Source: Nannocystales bacterium (lineage in GTDB: Bacteria; Myxococcota_A; Polyangia; Nannocystales; Nannocystaceae). From it: DNA of 36,162 nucleotides. Below are positions 17,435-25,151 of the stretch, one piece after another. The position numbers and the translations under genes were made by a program. The DNA lies in assembly GCA_050633305.1 (NCBI GenBank), contig JBOEGF010000075.1, forward strand, positions 1 to 36,162, written 5' to 3'. How positions within the stretch are numbered: the stretch's first letter is position 1; each line of letters begins with the position of its first letter. The notes beneath the pieces were generated by a model. The model did not search any database, was not told where the DNA came from, and saw nothing but the letters and a program-made list of their open reading frames with translations.

Positions 17435-18105
17435 GCGAGGGCGAACGCAAGCCCATGCCCGAGGCCCGCGCACCGACGGCGTTGCTGCGACAGGTTGTGC
17501 TTGGCGTGGCGGCAGCGACGGTCCTCATCACGGTCCCCGTTGCGGTTCGTGCGTGGGTCGACGGTCGGGCTGCCCTGCAACAGGCATTGCAGACCGAGGA
17601 CGTCGGCTTGCGCATCGAACGGCTCGGTCATGCGGCACGCTGGCGCCTGCCGCTGGCTTCGCATGATGAGGACGCTGTGGATGCGCTCGTCGAGCTCGGC
17701 GAACAGTCCGAGGCTTCGGTTTCAATCGCGGCCTACCGAGAGGCGCGCCGGGCTCTCCTGGCGACGCGGGCGTGGGGACTGACCGATCCGGAGCGTTTCG
17801 AGATGCTCAACGAACGTATCGCCTCGGCCATGGCAGCCCGAGAGGCGACCGAGGGGACCGACGTGGGCGGGCTGGGCGATCCCTACGCGTATCACCTGCA
17901 GCTGCTCGCCCGTGAACCTGGGCCCGAGCCGCTGCGTGCGGGCGGGGCCGCGTGGGCATTCGTGGCGTGGCTTGGCGCGCTGGTCGGGTTCGTCGGGCGG
18001 GGTCTCGACAAGCGCGGGAAGCTGCAGGCCAAGCCCGCGACGCGTTGGGGGCTGGCCGTGCTGATGCTGCTGGCCGTATGGACGGTCCTGCTGGCGACGG
18101 CGTAG
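17431..18105 (+). CDS. Hypothetical membrane protein (about 3 TM), translationally coupled to the ABC permease
   Basis: GTGA overlap. One N-terminal and two C-terminal hydrophobic segments flank a helical region. No family recognised. Confidence 0.7.
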   Translation: MSEGERKPMPEARAPTALLRQVVLGVAAATVLITVPVAVRAWVDGRAALQQALQTEDVGLRIERLGHAARWRLPLASHDEDAVDALVELGEQSEASVSIAAYREARRALLATRAWGLTDPERFEMLNERIASAMAAREATEGTDVGGLGDPYAYHLQLLAREPGPEPLRAGGAAWAFVAWLGALVGFVGRGLDKRGKLQAKPATRWGLAVLMLLAVWTVLLATA

Positions 18106-18109
18106 TCGA

Positions 18110-18256
18110 CTACGGGGCTGCCGCGCGGAGCATTTGCCGTCCCCGCTCGAAGCAGCACAGCGCGGGTAGAACCAGGATGGCGGCGATGACCATCGCAGCG
18201 GCGATGGTGCCGTAGATGCCGGCAAGGAGCAGTTGTGGCCACGGGATGGGAAACAT
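18110..18256 (-). CDS. Putative 48-aa single-pass membrane peptide (MFPIPWPQLLLAGIYGTIAAAMVIAAILVLPALCCFERGRQMLRAAAP)
   Basis: Perfect AAGGAGG SD 7 nt upstream of ATG 18256, a long hydrophobic core and a basic tail. It fills the gap between darP and the convergent ABC operon. Confidence 0.55.
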   Translation of the reverse strand: MFPIPWPQLLLAGIYGTIAAAMVIAAILVLPALCCFERGRQMLRAAAP

Positions 18257-18381
18257 GTCGGGTCCTCCTTCGGGGAGGTACCGAGCCTGGCTCCGTCGAC
18301 AAGCTTGGTCGACGCGAAACCCGCCCGCAGAATCTGCGACCCCCGGGGCACCGTGGCGGGTGGCCCGAGCGAGCGCTGGGG
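18257..18381 (-). promoter_or_regulatory. Structured 5' leader with an anti-SD hairpin upstream of the 48-aa ORF
   Basis: CCUCC-CCGAA-GGAGG pairs over the SD (18264-18278). Further stems CGTCGAC/GTCGACG (18294-18314) and ACCCGCC/GGCGGGT (18319-18361), the latter enclosing CGCAG/CTGCG. Confidence 0.4.
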
Positions 18382-19170
18382 TCACTCCGCCTGTTCGGTA
18401 TCGGCGTCGGTGGCTTGGTCCAGGGCTCGCACCTCCCGCAGCAGGTTGCGAAACGCCTGGCGGCTCTTTCCCTGACTTCGGTCGCGGCTGGCCGTTCGAA
18501 CGAGCTGCCGAATCCGTTGCCGGTCGGCCGTGGGGTAGGCCTGCACAAGCTCGGAGAGCGCAGCGTCTCCCTCTTCGAGCAGACGGTCGCGCCAGCGCTC
18601 GTAGCTCTTGTCGCGCTCCGAGGTGGCTCGGTCCTTGTTCTTGAGGTCGTCGACGCGTGCACGAAGATCCGCACCATCGAACCGGCGCAGCATCGTGGAG
18701 ATGCGGCGCAGCTCTCGGACCTTGGCGCCCTTTCGGATGGTTTGGCACGCGGTGAATGCCGCGGCGACCTCGGGGTCGAGGGCCAGCTTGGCGCGTTTGG
18801 ACTCCGCGAGTTCGAAGATGTCCTTCGTCAGCTTGCCGAACGCAGCGACCTGGTCCTTGTGCAGTCGGCTGGACCGGCGGATCGTCGTGTCGAAGACATC
18901 CGGGGGTGGCTCTCGCTCCTCCTGCTCGTTGAGGAGGGGGCGCTCCCACTTCGTCGCCGGTTTCTTGGTTCCCCAGCCGACCGCGACCTTGGGCTGCGGA
19001 GTCTCGGGCTCGGGGCTCGGTGGCTCCTGCGAGGCGTCGAGGTCCGTATCAGCCTCGGAGTTCGACTCGCCCTCGGACTGGGGAGCCTCGGCGGGGGCCG
19101 TGTCCGCCGCGTCGGGGATCGCGTCGGGGTCGACGGGTGGGGAGCGCTCGTCGTCGCCGGGGCCGGTCAT
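18382..19170 (-). CDS. yjgA: Ribosome biogenesis factor YjgA/DarP (DUF615) with a long acidic N-terminal extension
   Basis: ERWRDRLLEEGDAALSELVQAYPTADRQRIRQLVR.A..D...GK...AFRNL and RELRRISTMLR match the YjgA pattern. Candidate promoter TTGACT-17-GAACGT ends 6 nt before the ATG. Confidence 0.85.
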   Translation of the reverse strand: MTGPGDDERSPPVDPDAIPDAADTAPAEAPQSEGESNSEADTDLDASQEPPSPEPETPQPKVAVGWGTKKPATKWERPLLNEQEEREPPPDVFDTTIRRSSRLHKDQVAAFGKLTKDIFELAESKRAKLALDPEVAAAFTACQTIRKGAKVRELRRISTMLRRFDGADLRARVDDLKNKDRATSERDKSYERWRDRLLEEGDAALSELVQAYPTADRQRIRQLVRTASRDRSQGKSRQAFRNLLREVRALDQATDADTEQAE

Positions 19171-19222
19171 GGCCGGACGTTCGGCTGCAAGCCAGGGGAA
19201 GTCAAGACACGCCAGCGCGCGC

Positions 19223-20272
19223 TCAGCCCGGGGGGACGAAGTTGTCGCAGGCTTCGTCGATCACGCTCGTCGCGTCCATGAAGATTTGGCCGAAATCCCC
19301 CGTAATACAGCCGTGGAAGCCGTTCTCGCCGAACATCTCGGTGAACGTCTGGATGTCGGCCGGGTTGAAGAACTCGTCCCCCGGGGGGCAGGTCCCGCCG
19401 TTGATGTGGCTGAGGGTGACGACCACGATGTTCTCGGCCAACCCCTGCTTGGCCTCGACCACGGTGTTGTACCAACTCGTGGCGTCTCCGGAGCTGCCGT
19501 CGAGTTCGGGGTCGTTGGGGCCATCCCACTCGTCGGAGATGATCACGACAACTAGGAGTGCGTCGTCACGGAGGAAGCCCTCGTTGCATTCGCCGGGGGC
19601 GGCGTGGTCGCCTCGGACGGCGGCTTCCATCGCGTTCATCGGCCGCTCCACTCCGTCGCCGTCGACGCCAACCTGGGCCGCACACGCGAAGCTCGACGAC
19701 AGGTCGTCCACCTCCGTCATGTAGTTTCTTCCGTCGGCGTAGGGCCCACAGAGTTGGTTGCTCGACGCGTCGCCTGCGGTTCGTGAGACCAAACCGCCGA
19801 GCACTTGGCAGGCGGGCAGGTTCCCCTCGTAGGCGTCGGTCGTGACGACCCCGACGTGATACTCGTCGACGTTGTCCAGCGTGGACTGAATGCCCGTGAT
19901 GAAGTTGGGGAAGTTGGCGATCAGGTTCGCCTGGTCGTCTTCCATCGACCCGGAGTTGTCGACGACGAACAGGAAGTCGACCTTGGTACAGCCGTCTTCG
20001 ACATCTTGTTCGACATCGGGTTGGACGCCGAGGTCGAACTTGGGATCTTCGCCCGTCCCGGTCGAGGGGAGCGGGTTGTCGGTCTCGGCCGGTGGTCCGG
20101 TCTCCTCTGCGGCGGTCTCACCGGTCGAGCCGGCCGACATGCTCGAGGTTCCGGAGAACGTGCCCAACGTGGTCGGGGTCTCGGAGGTCCCGGCTTGGCC
20201 TTCGGGCCCAGAACATGCGGCAACGACCCAAGGAAGTGCTCCCAAGACCCATCTGATCGAACCCAGCCGCAT
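19223..20272 (-). CDS. Lipoprotein with vWA-like (MIDAS DxSxS) domain
   Basis: Lipobox WVVAA-C, Ser/Thr/Gly/Glu-rich linker, KVDFLFVVDNSGSM, HVGVVTTD, GFLRDDALLVVVIISDE and paired Cys. Confidence 0.8.
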   Translation of the reverse strand: MRLGSIRWVLGALPWVVAACSGPEGQAGTSETPTTLGTFSGTSSMSAGSTGETAAEETGPPAETDNPLPSTGTGEDPKFDLGVQPDVEQDVEDGCTKVDFLFVVDNSGSMEDDQANLIANFPNFITGIQSTLDNVDEYHVGVVTTDAYEGNLPACQVLGGLVSRTAGDASSNQLCGPYADGRNYMTEVDDLSSSFACAAQVGVDGDGVERPMNAMEAAVRGDHAAPGECNEGFLRDDALLVVVIISDEWDGPNDPELDGSSGDATSWYNTVVEAKQGLAENIVVVTLSHINGGTCPPGDEFFNPADIQTFTEMFGENGFHGCITGDFGQIFMDATSVIDEACDNFVPPG

Positions 20273-20347
20273 GCCCGGATGATGCCATAGGCACCCGGTG
20301 TCGCGGTCACCGCACTCGATGGGGGTGCAGGTGATAGGTTTCGCGGC

Positions 20348-21415
20348 ATGACGTCACGCGCGGCGGTCGGGGTGGTGCTCGGGGGCGGGGCGCTTCGCCA
20401 CAGGGCCACGGGAGAGGCTCGCTTCGTGCTGGGGCAGGTCGATCTGGATGCGGCGGAGCCGCAGGCCCAGGAAGCCGAAATTCGCTTTCTCGCGCACGGG
20501 ATCACGCCGCACCCGACGCGGCGGCGCGAAATCGTGATGTTCGAGAAGCACGGTCCGGGGTGCTGTGTGTTCGACTTGGAAACTTCGCAGGTGGTGCGCT
20601 CCATCGCGTGCGCGCCGCACCGACAGTTCTACGGGCACGGCGCGTATTCGCCGGACGGGAGTTTGCTGTACTGCACGGAGACCGATCTCCAAGACGGGCG
20701 CCGTGGGTACATCACGGTGCGGGACGGCGCGACGTTCGAAACCCTGGGCGACTTTCCATCCCACGGCCTGGCGCCACACGACTGCCAGTTCGCGAACGAC
20801 GGCACGACGTTGGTGATCGCCAACGGTGGGTCGGGTGCGGGGCGAGACGAGGACCCGCCGGGCGTGGCGTTCGTAGATGTGCGAGACGGCAAAGCCTTGG
20901 ACGTGCTGCCGATGCCCTCGACCCATGTCAACGCTGGCCATCTCGATCTCACGGCAGCAGGAGACCTTGCGGTGGTGAGTGCGCCTCGGGATGGCTATGA
21001 CCCGGCGAGGGCGTGCGGCGGCGTCAGCTTGCGTGCCGAAGGCGCAGCGTTGAGCACTGTGGTCGGTCCGGAGGAGGTCATCACGAAGTTGGTGGGGGAG
21101 ACGCTCAGCGTCGCGATTCATCCCGGGACCCGAGTCGTGGGCGCAACCACGCCCCTGGGCCACTTCGTCACGTTCTGGAATCTCGATACGGGCGCGTTGG
21201 TGGGCCAGTTGCGGGTGCCCAACCCCCGAGGCATCGCGCTGTCGCTCTCGGGCGAGGAGTTCCTGATCAACTTCGGCGGACCCCCACGGGTTGCCCGCGT
21301 GGACGCCCGCACGCTCCGACCCGTCGATGCGCCAGGAAACCAGCGCGGCTACCTCTCGAACGTGAGTGGTTCGCACATCTACGTCGACGACGCGTCCGCG
21401 ATCGCGGCGGAGTAG
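20348..21415 (+). CDS. DUF1513-domain beta-propeller protein
   Basis: RQFYGHGAYSPDGSLLYCTETD, G.I.VRD, FPSHGLAPHD, DGTTLVIANGG and AGHL. The 3' end overlaps convergent glgA by 37 nt. Confidence 0.85.
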   Translation: MTSRAAVGVVLGGGALRHRATGEARFVLGQVDLDAAEPQAQEAEIRFLAHGITPHPTRRREIVMFEKHGPGCCVFDLETSQVVRSIACAPHRQFYGHGAYSPDGSLLYCTETDLQDGRRGYITVRDGATFETLGDFPSHGLAPHDCQFANDGTTLVIANGGSGAGRDEDPPGVAFVDVRDGKALDVLPMPSTHVNAGHLDLTAAGDLAVVSAPRDGYDPARACGGVSLRAEGAALSTVVGPEEVITKLVGETLSVAIHPGTRVVGATTPLGHFVTFWNLDTGALVGQLRVPNPRGIALSLSGEEFLINFGGPPRVARVDARTLRPVDAPGNQRGYLSNVSGSHIYVDDASAIAAE

Positions 21416-22821
21416 ACCTCGCGGTAGCCCCGGGCTGCGTGACCCCAGCCGAAGGCACGCTGCATCGCTTGTCGTTGCAGGCCGGCCCAGCGGTCGCGGT
21501 CCGGGTAGACCTTGAGCGCTCGCATGATCGCGTGTCGTAGCGCGCCCACGTCGATCGCCTCGAACGCAAATCCGCAGCCTCCACACGAAACATCCGCGAC
21601 CGTGTCTGCGAGACCGCCTGTGCTCCGCACCACCGGGAGTGCGCCGTATCGCATCGCATACATTTGCGTCAGACCACACGGTTCGAACCTCGAGGGGACG
21701 ACGAAGAGGTCCGAGCCGGCGAAGACCCGATGCGAGAGGGCCTCGTCGTAGCCGATGTTCACGCCGACCCGGTCGGGGTGCTGGCGTGCCAAGTCGCGCA
21801 GTGCGGACTCCAATGATGGCTCGCCGGAGCCCAGGACCACGACCTGGAGTGGGGAATGCAACAATTGCGGCAGCGCTCCGAGCAGCAGGTCGATGCCCTT
21901 CTGATCGCTGAGTCGACTCACGACCCCGAGCAGCGGCACGCCGCTTTGTTCGGCGAGGCCGAACTGTCGCTGCAACGCCCGTTTGTTGGCCGCGCGCGCA
22001 CGCAGGTCGTCCGGGCCGAACGTGGCCTGCAGGGTTGGGTCGGTGCGTGGGTCCCAGGCGCGCTCATCGATACCGTTGAGCAAGCCGTGCAGACGGGCCG
22101 AACGCCCGTGGAGCAGGCCATGCAAGCCCTCGCCGCCCATCTGGGTTTGAATCTCCTGCGCGTAGGTCGGACTGACCGTGGTGATCCGGTCGGCGTAGAA
22201 GAGGCCGGCCTTGAGGAACGAAAACGTGCCGTAGGCCTCTGCACCGTCCACCGCATAGGCGGCTGCGGGGAGTCCGACGGTGGAGACGACGTCCGGCGAG
22301 AAGCGGCCCTGGAAGCGTAGATTGTGCACCGTCGTGACGGTCCCCGGCCGGGCCCCTCCCCACCAGTGCAAGGTCGCCGGCGCGAGGGATGCCTGCCAGT
22401 CGTGCGCGTGGACGACCTCGGGCGCCCAACCGAGCGCGGCCCCGGCGTTGCTGAGCATCGCCGCGACACGACCCAGCAGCGCGAACCGTTGCGCGTTGTC
22501 GCCGTAGTCGACACCCCTCGAGTCGAGATAGGGGCCGCCCTTCCGGTCGAACAAGCTTGGAGCATCAACGAGCCAGACCGGTACCTCGGTGCCCGGCAAC
22601 CGGCCCTCGAGCAGGCGAGCCGGGCCGGTGGAGAGTGGGTCGCCCAGCTCGTGGCGGACCGTGGCATCCGCCAACTCTGCGCAGCCAGGGTATGCGGGCA
22701 ACAGCAGCCGAACGTCGTCCCCGGCGTCGAGTTGGGCGCTGGAGAGTCCGGCCGCGACATCGGCGAGCCCCCCGGTCTTGACCAGGCCCGTGGCTTCCGA
22801 GGCGACGTGGAGAATCCGCAT
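21379..22821 (-). CDS. glgA: Glycogen synthase (ADP-glucose, GT5)
   Basis: MRILHVASE...KTGGLADV, HAHDWQ, TTVSPTYAQEI, VSRLSDQKG, VPSRFEPCGLTQMYAMRYG, TGGLADTV. Confidence 0.97.
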   Translation of the reverse strand: MRILHVASEATGLVKTGGLADVAAGLSSAQLDAGDDVRLLLPAYPGCAELADATVRHELGDPLSTGPARLLEGRLPGTEVPVWLVDAPSLFDRKGGPYLDSRGVDYGDNAQRFALLGRVAAMLSNAGAALGWAPEVVHAHDWQASLAPATLHWWGGARPGTVTTVHNLRFQGRFSPDVVSTVGLPAAAYAVDGAEAYGTFSFLKAGLFYADRITTVSPTYAQEIQTQMGGEGLHGLLHGRSARLHGLLNGIDERAWDPRTDPTLQATFGPDDLRARAANKRALQRQFGLAEQSGVPLLGVVSRLSDQKGIDLLLGALPQLLHSPLQVVVLGSGEPSLESALRDLARQHPDRVGVNIGYDEALSHRVFAGSDLFVVPSRFEPCGLTQMYAMRYGALPVVRSTGGLADTVADVSCGGCGFAFEAIDVGALRHAIMRALKVYPDRDRWAGLQRQAMQRAFGWGHAARGYREVYSAAIADASST

Positions 22822-22842
22822 GCCCGGGACATTAACAGCCCG

Positions 22843-22889
22843 AAGTGATGCCGCGGCCACTCGATGAGAAAAAGTGACGCCGCGGACAC
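22843..22889. repeat. 18-bp imperfect direct repeat in the divergent glgA-glgC promoter region (candidate tandem operator)
   Basis: AAGTGATGCCGCGGCCAC (22843-22860) and AAGTGACGCCGCGGACAC (22872-22889) are 16/18 identical; each has a GTG-N10-CAC dyad. Confidence 0.6.
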
Positions 22890-22925
22890 CGAAAGCGCGG
22901 GGGTTTCGTGGCACAAACAGGAGGG

Positions 22926-24185
22926 ATGAATGCCGGCGACGTTGGAGATGCGGCCCGTTCGACTTTGGCGGTGGTGCTCGCCGGAGGTCGGGGCTCGAGG
23001 CTACGAGCGCTGACGGCCAACGAGGCCAAGCCGAGCATGCCGTTCGGCGGCAAGTTTCGCGTTGTCGACTTTCCGTTGTCGAACTGCATCAACTCCGGGA
23101 TCCGCAAGGTCGCCGTTGTCACCCAATACCGTGCGCACACACTGATCCGGCACATCCAGCGGGGGTGGAACTTCCTGCGGGGGGAGCTCGGCGAGTTTGT
23201 GGAGCTTTGGCCCGCGCAGCAGCAGACCGAAGCGGGGAGCTGGTACCTCGGCACCGCCGACGCGGTGTACCAAAACCTCCAGGTGATCCGGCAGCACGGT
23301 CCTCGGTACGTCCTGATCCTCGCCGGGGATCACGTCTATCGCCAGGACTACAGCCGGCTGATTCACGCCCACATCGAATCGGGCGCCGAGGTGACCGTCT
23401 CGTGCGTAGAGGTCCCGCGCCAGGAGGCGACCGCATTTGGCTGTGTCGATGCCGACGATACCGGCGAGATTGTCGGGTTCGTCGAGAAACCGTCCAACCC
23501 ACCCGCGGTCCCCGGCCGCGAAGGTGTCTCCTACGCTTCGATGGGGATCTACGTCTTCGACATCGACGTCTTGCTCGAGACGCTCGAACGCGACGCAGGG
23601 GACGATGGGTCTTCGCACGACTTCGGACATGACATCGTCCCGTCGCTGGTGGGCCGCCGAAAACTCTACGCGCATCCGTACCGAAAGAGCTGCGTGCTGA
23701 CCCACGGCGCGACCGAGCCCTACTGGCGTGATGTCGGCACGCTCGACGCGTTCTGGGATGCGAACATGGAGCTCATCTCGGTCACGCCGCAGCTCGACCT
23801 GTACGACTCGCGCTGGCCCATCTGGACGTATCAGGAGCAGCGCCCTTGCGCGAAGTTCGTGTTCGACGATGAAGACCGTCGGGGGATGGCCGTGGACTCG
23901 CTGGTGTCGGCCGGGTGCGTCGTCTCCGGGAGTACGATCCGCCGGTCGATCCTGTTCACCGACACGCGTCTGAACTCCTACAGCGAGGTCACTGGGTCTC
24001 TCATCCTTCCGCGCTGTGACATCGGTCGACGGGCACGTCTGCACAACGTGATCGTGGCCAGCGATTGCAAGGTTCCCGAGGGCATCGTGATCGGTGAGGA
24101 CGCGGAGGCGGACCGCGAGCGTTTCCATCGGACGCCGGCCGGCATCACCCTGGTCACTCCGGCGATGCTCGAGAAACTCCGCTAG
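22926..24185 (+). CDS. glgC: Glucose-1-phosphate adenylyltransferase (ADP-glucose pyrophosphorylase)
   Basis: VLAGGRGSRL, FGGKFRVVDFPLSNCINSG, WYLGTADAVYQN, ILAGDHVY, FVEKP, ASMGIYVF, YWRDVGT. Alternative start GTG 22908. Confidence 0.97.
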   Translation: MNAGDVGDAARSTLAVVLAGGRGSRLRALTANEAKPSMPFGGKFRVVDFPLSNCINSGIRKVAVVTQYRAHTLIRHIQRGWNFLRGELGEFVELWPAQQQTEAGSWYLGTADAVYQNLQVIRQHGPRYVLILAGDHVYRQDYSRLIHAHIESGAEVTVSCVEVPRQEATAFGCVDADDTGEIVGFVEKPSNPPAVPGREGVSYASMGIYVFDIDVLLETLERDAGDDGSSHDFGHDIVPSLVGRRKLYAHPYRKSCVLTHGATEPYWRDVGTLDAFWDANMELISVTPQLDLYDSRWPIWTYQEQRPCAKFVFDDEDRRGMAVDSLVSAGCVVSGSTIRRSILFTDTRLNSYSEVTGSLILPRCDIGRRARLHNVIVASDCKVPEGIVIGEDAEADRERFHRTPAGITLVTPAMLEKLR

Positions 24186-24194
24186 GGGGCGGAC

Positions 24195-24962
24195 TTACAG
24201 CGCCACGCGTCGTGGCAGCTGCGGCGTCACGAACCTCCATTGTGGCGGGGCGGTCAGCCGCCGGCCGCGGTGCTTGAACACCCGGTAGCGGGACTGCTCC
24301 ACGGTCGCGCCGGCGTTGTAGATGGCCAGGGGGCGCGGGTGGCTCCGGTCGAGGCGGTGTGTCGCGACGTGTCGGTGCCCGTGCAGGATGATGTCGCACC
24401 GCCCGCGGGCAGCCTCGAGCACATCGACGCCGCTGTGGAGCGCGTCGGTGAACGGTAGCCCGACCCAACGGCTGAGGCGTTCGATCGCGCCTTCCTCCGG
24501 GAGCGGGTAGGGATGGTGGTGCATCAACGTCACGACGAGCTGGTCCTCCCGGGCACCCGCGAGCGCGTCCTGGAACGCGAGCAGGTCGGTGGGGGTGAGG
24601 AGACCGTGGCCGCAGAACGCCTGTCGGTTGTGGGGACCGGTGGAGTCGACTTGGACGACGAACAGCGCTCCGAGGTCGCGCGTGAGCACGCGGCGGCCCT
24701 TCATGACGGAGTCCGCCACGTCATCCCCACAGCGGTCGTGGTTGCCAGGAACGAGCGTGAGCCGTCCTTGCTGCAGCAGGGGGGCAAAAACGTCGATGAA
24801 GCCCTCGAACTCCTCTTCGCGACCTCGGTGGGTGATGTCGCCAGTGCAGAGCACATGGTCGATATCCGCCGCCAGCAGGTGCGATACGAGGGCGTGTGTC
24901 CGCGCCTCGACATCGTGTCCGGAGCCGAAGTGCAGGTCTGAAATGTGGGCGAAGGATGGCAT
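24195..24962 (-). CDS. Calcineurin-like metallophosphoesterase
   Basis: All five motifs present: HISDLH, TGDIT, VPGNHD, LMHHHP, LHGHRH. No signal peptide. Confidence 0.9.
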   Translation of the reverse strand: MPSFAHISDLHFGSGHDVEARTHALVSHLLAADIDHVLCTGDITHRGREEEFEGFIDVFAPLLQQGRLTLVPGNHDRCGDDVADSVMKGRRVLTRDLGALFVVQVDSTGPHNRQAFCGHGLLTPTDLLAFQDALAGAREDQLVVTLMHHHPYPLPEEGAIERLSRWVGLPFTDALHSGVDVLEAARGRCDIILHGHRHVATHRLDRSHPRPLAIYNAGATVEQSRYRVFKHRGRRLTAPPQWRFVTPQLPRRVAL

Positions 24963-24979
24963 GGCCGTCTCGCATGGCG

Positions 24980-25129
24980 GCAGTAGCACGGCCACGGCGA
25001 CGCGGTTGTGACAGCGGTGTCTCGAAGGCGACGCCGCGATCGCGGTCGTGTGAACACTGCGACCTGTCCATAGGTGTCACGTTGCTGTGGCCTCGCGTGT
25101 CGCCCGGTGTTGCTCCGTTGGCGCAGGAT
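24980..25129. promoter_or_regulatory. Divergent promoter region with PhoB/OmpR-like direct-repeat half-sites
   Basis: Minus strand: GAGAC/GTCAC/GTCGC at exact 11-bp period (25023-24997), then 11 nt to a TG-extended -10 candidate TACTGC. Plus strand: TGTcca/TGTcac/TGTggc/TGTcgc/TGTtgc at 10-12 bp spacing (25065-25113), then 10 nt to CAGGAT. Confidence 0.45.
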
Positions 25130-25151
25130 GCTCGCGTCCCTGGACCCGCAC

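Noticed and set aside
18101..18114. Perfect 14-bp palindrome CGTAGTCGACTACG
   Set aside because: It is largely produced by two convergent TAG stops 4 nt apart, and has no loop or U-tract. It is only weak support for the small ORF.
22909..22925. TGGCAC as a sigma54 -24 element upstream of glgC
   Set aside because: There is no TTGC/TGC -12 element at the required spacing.
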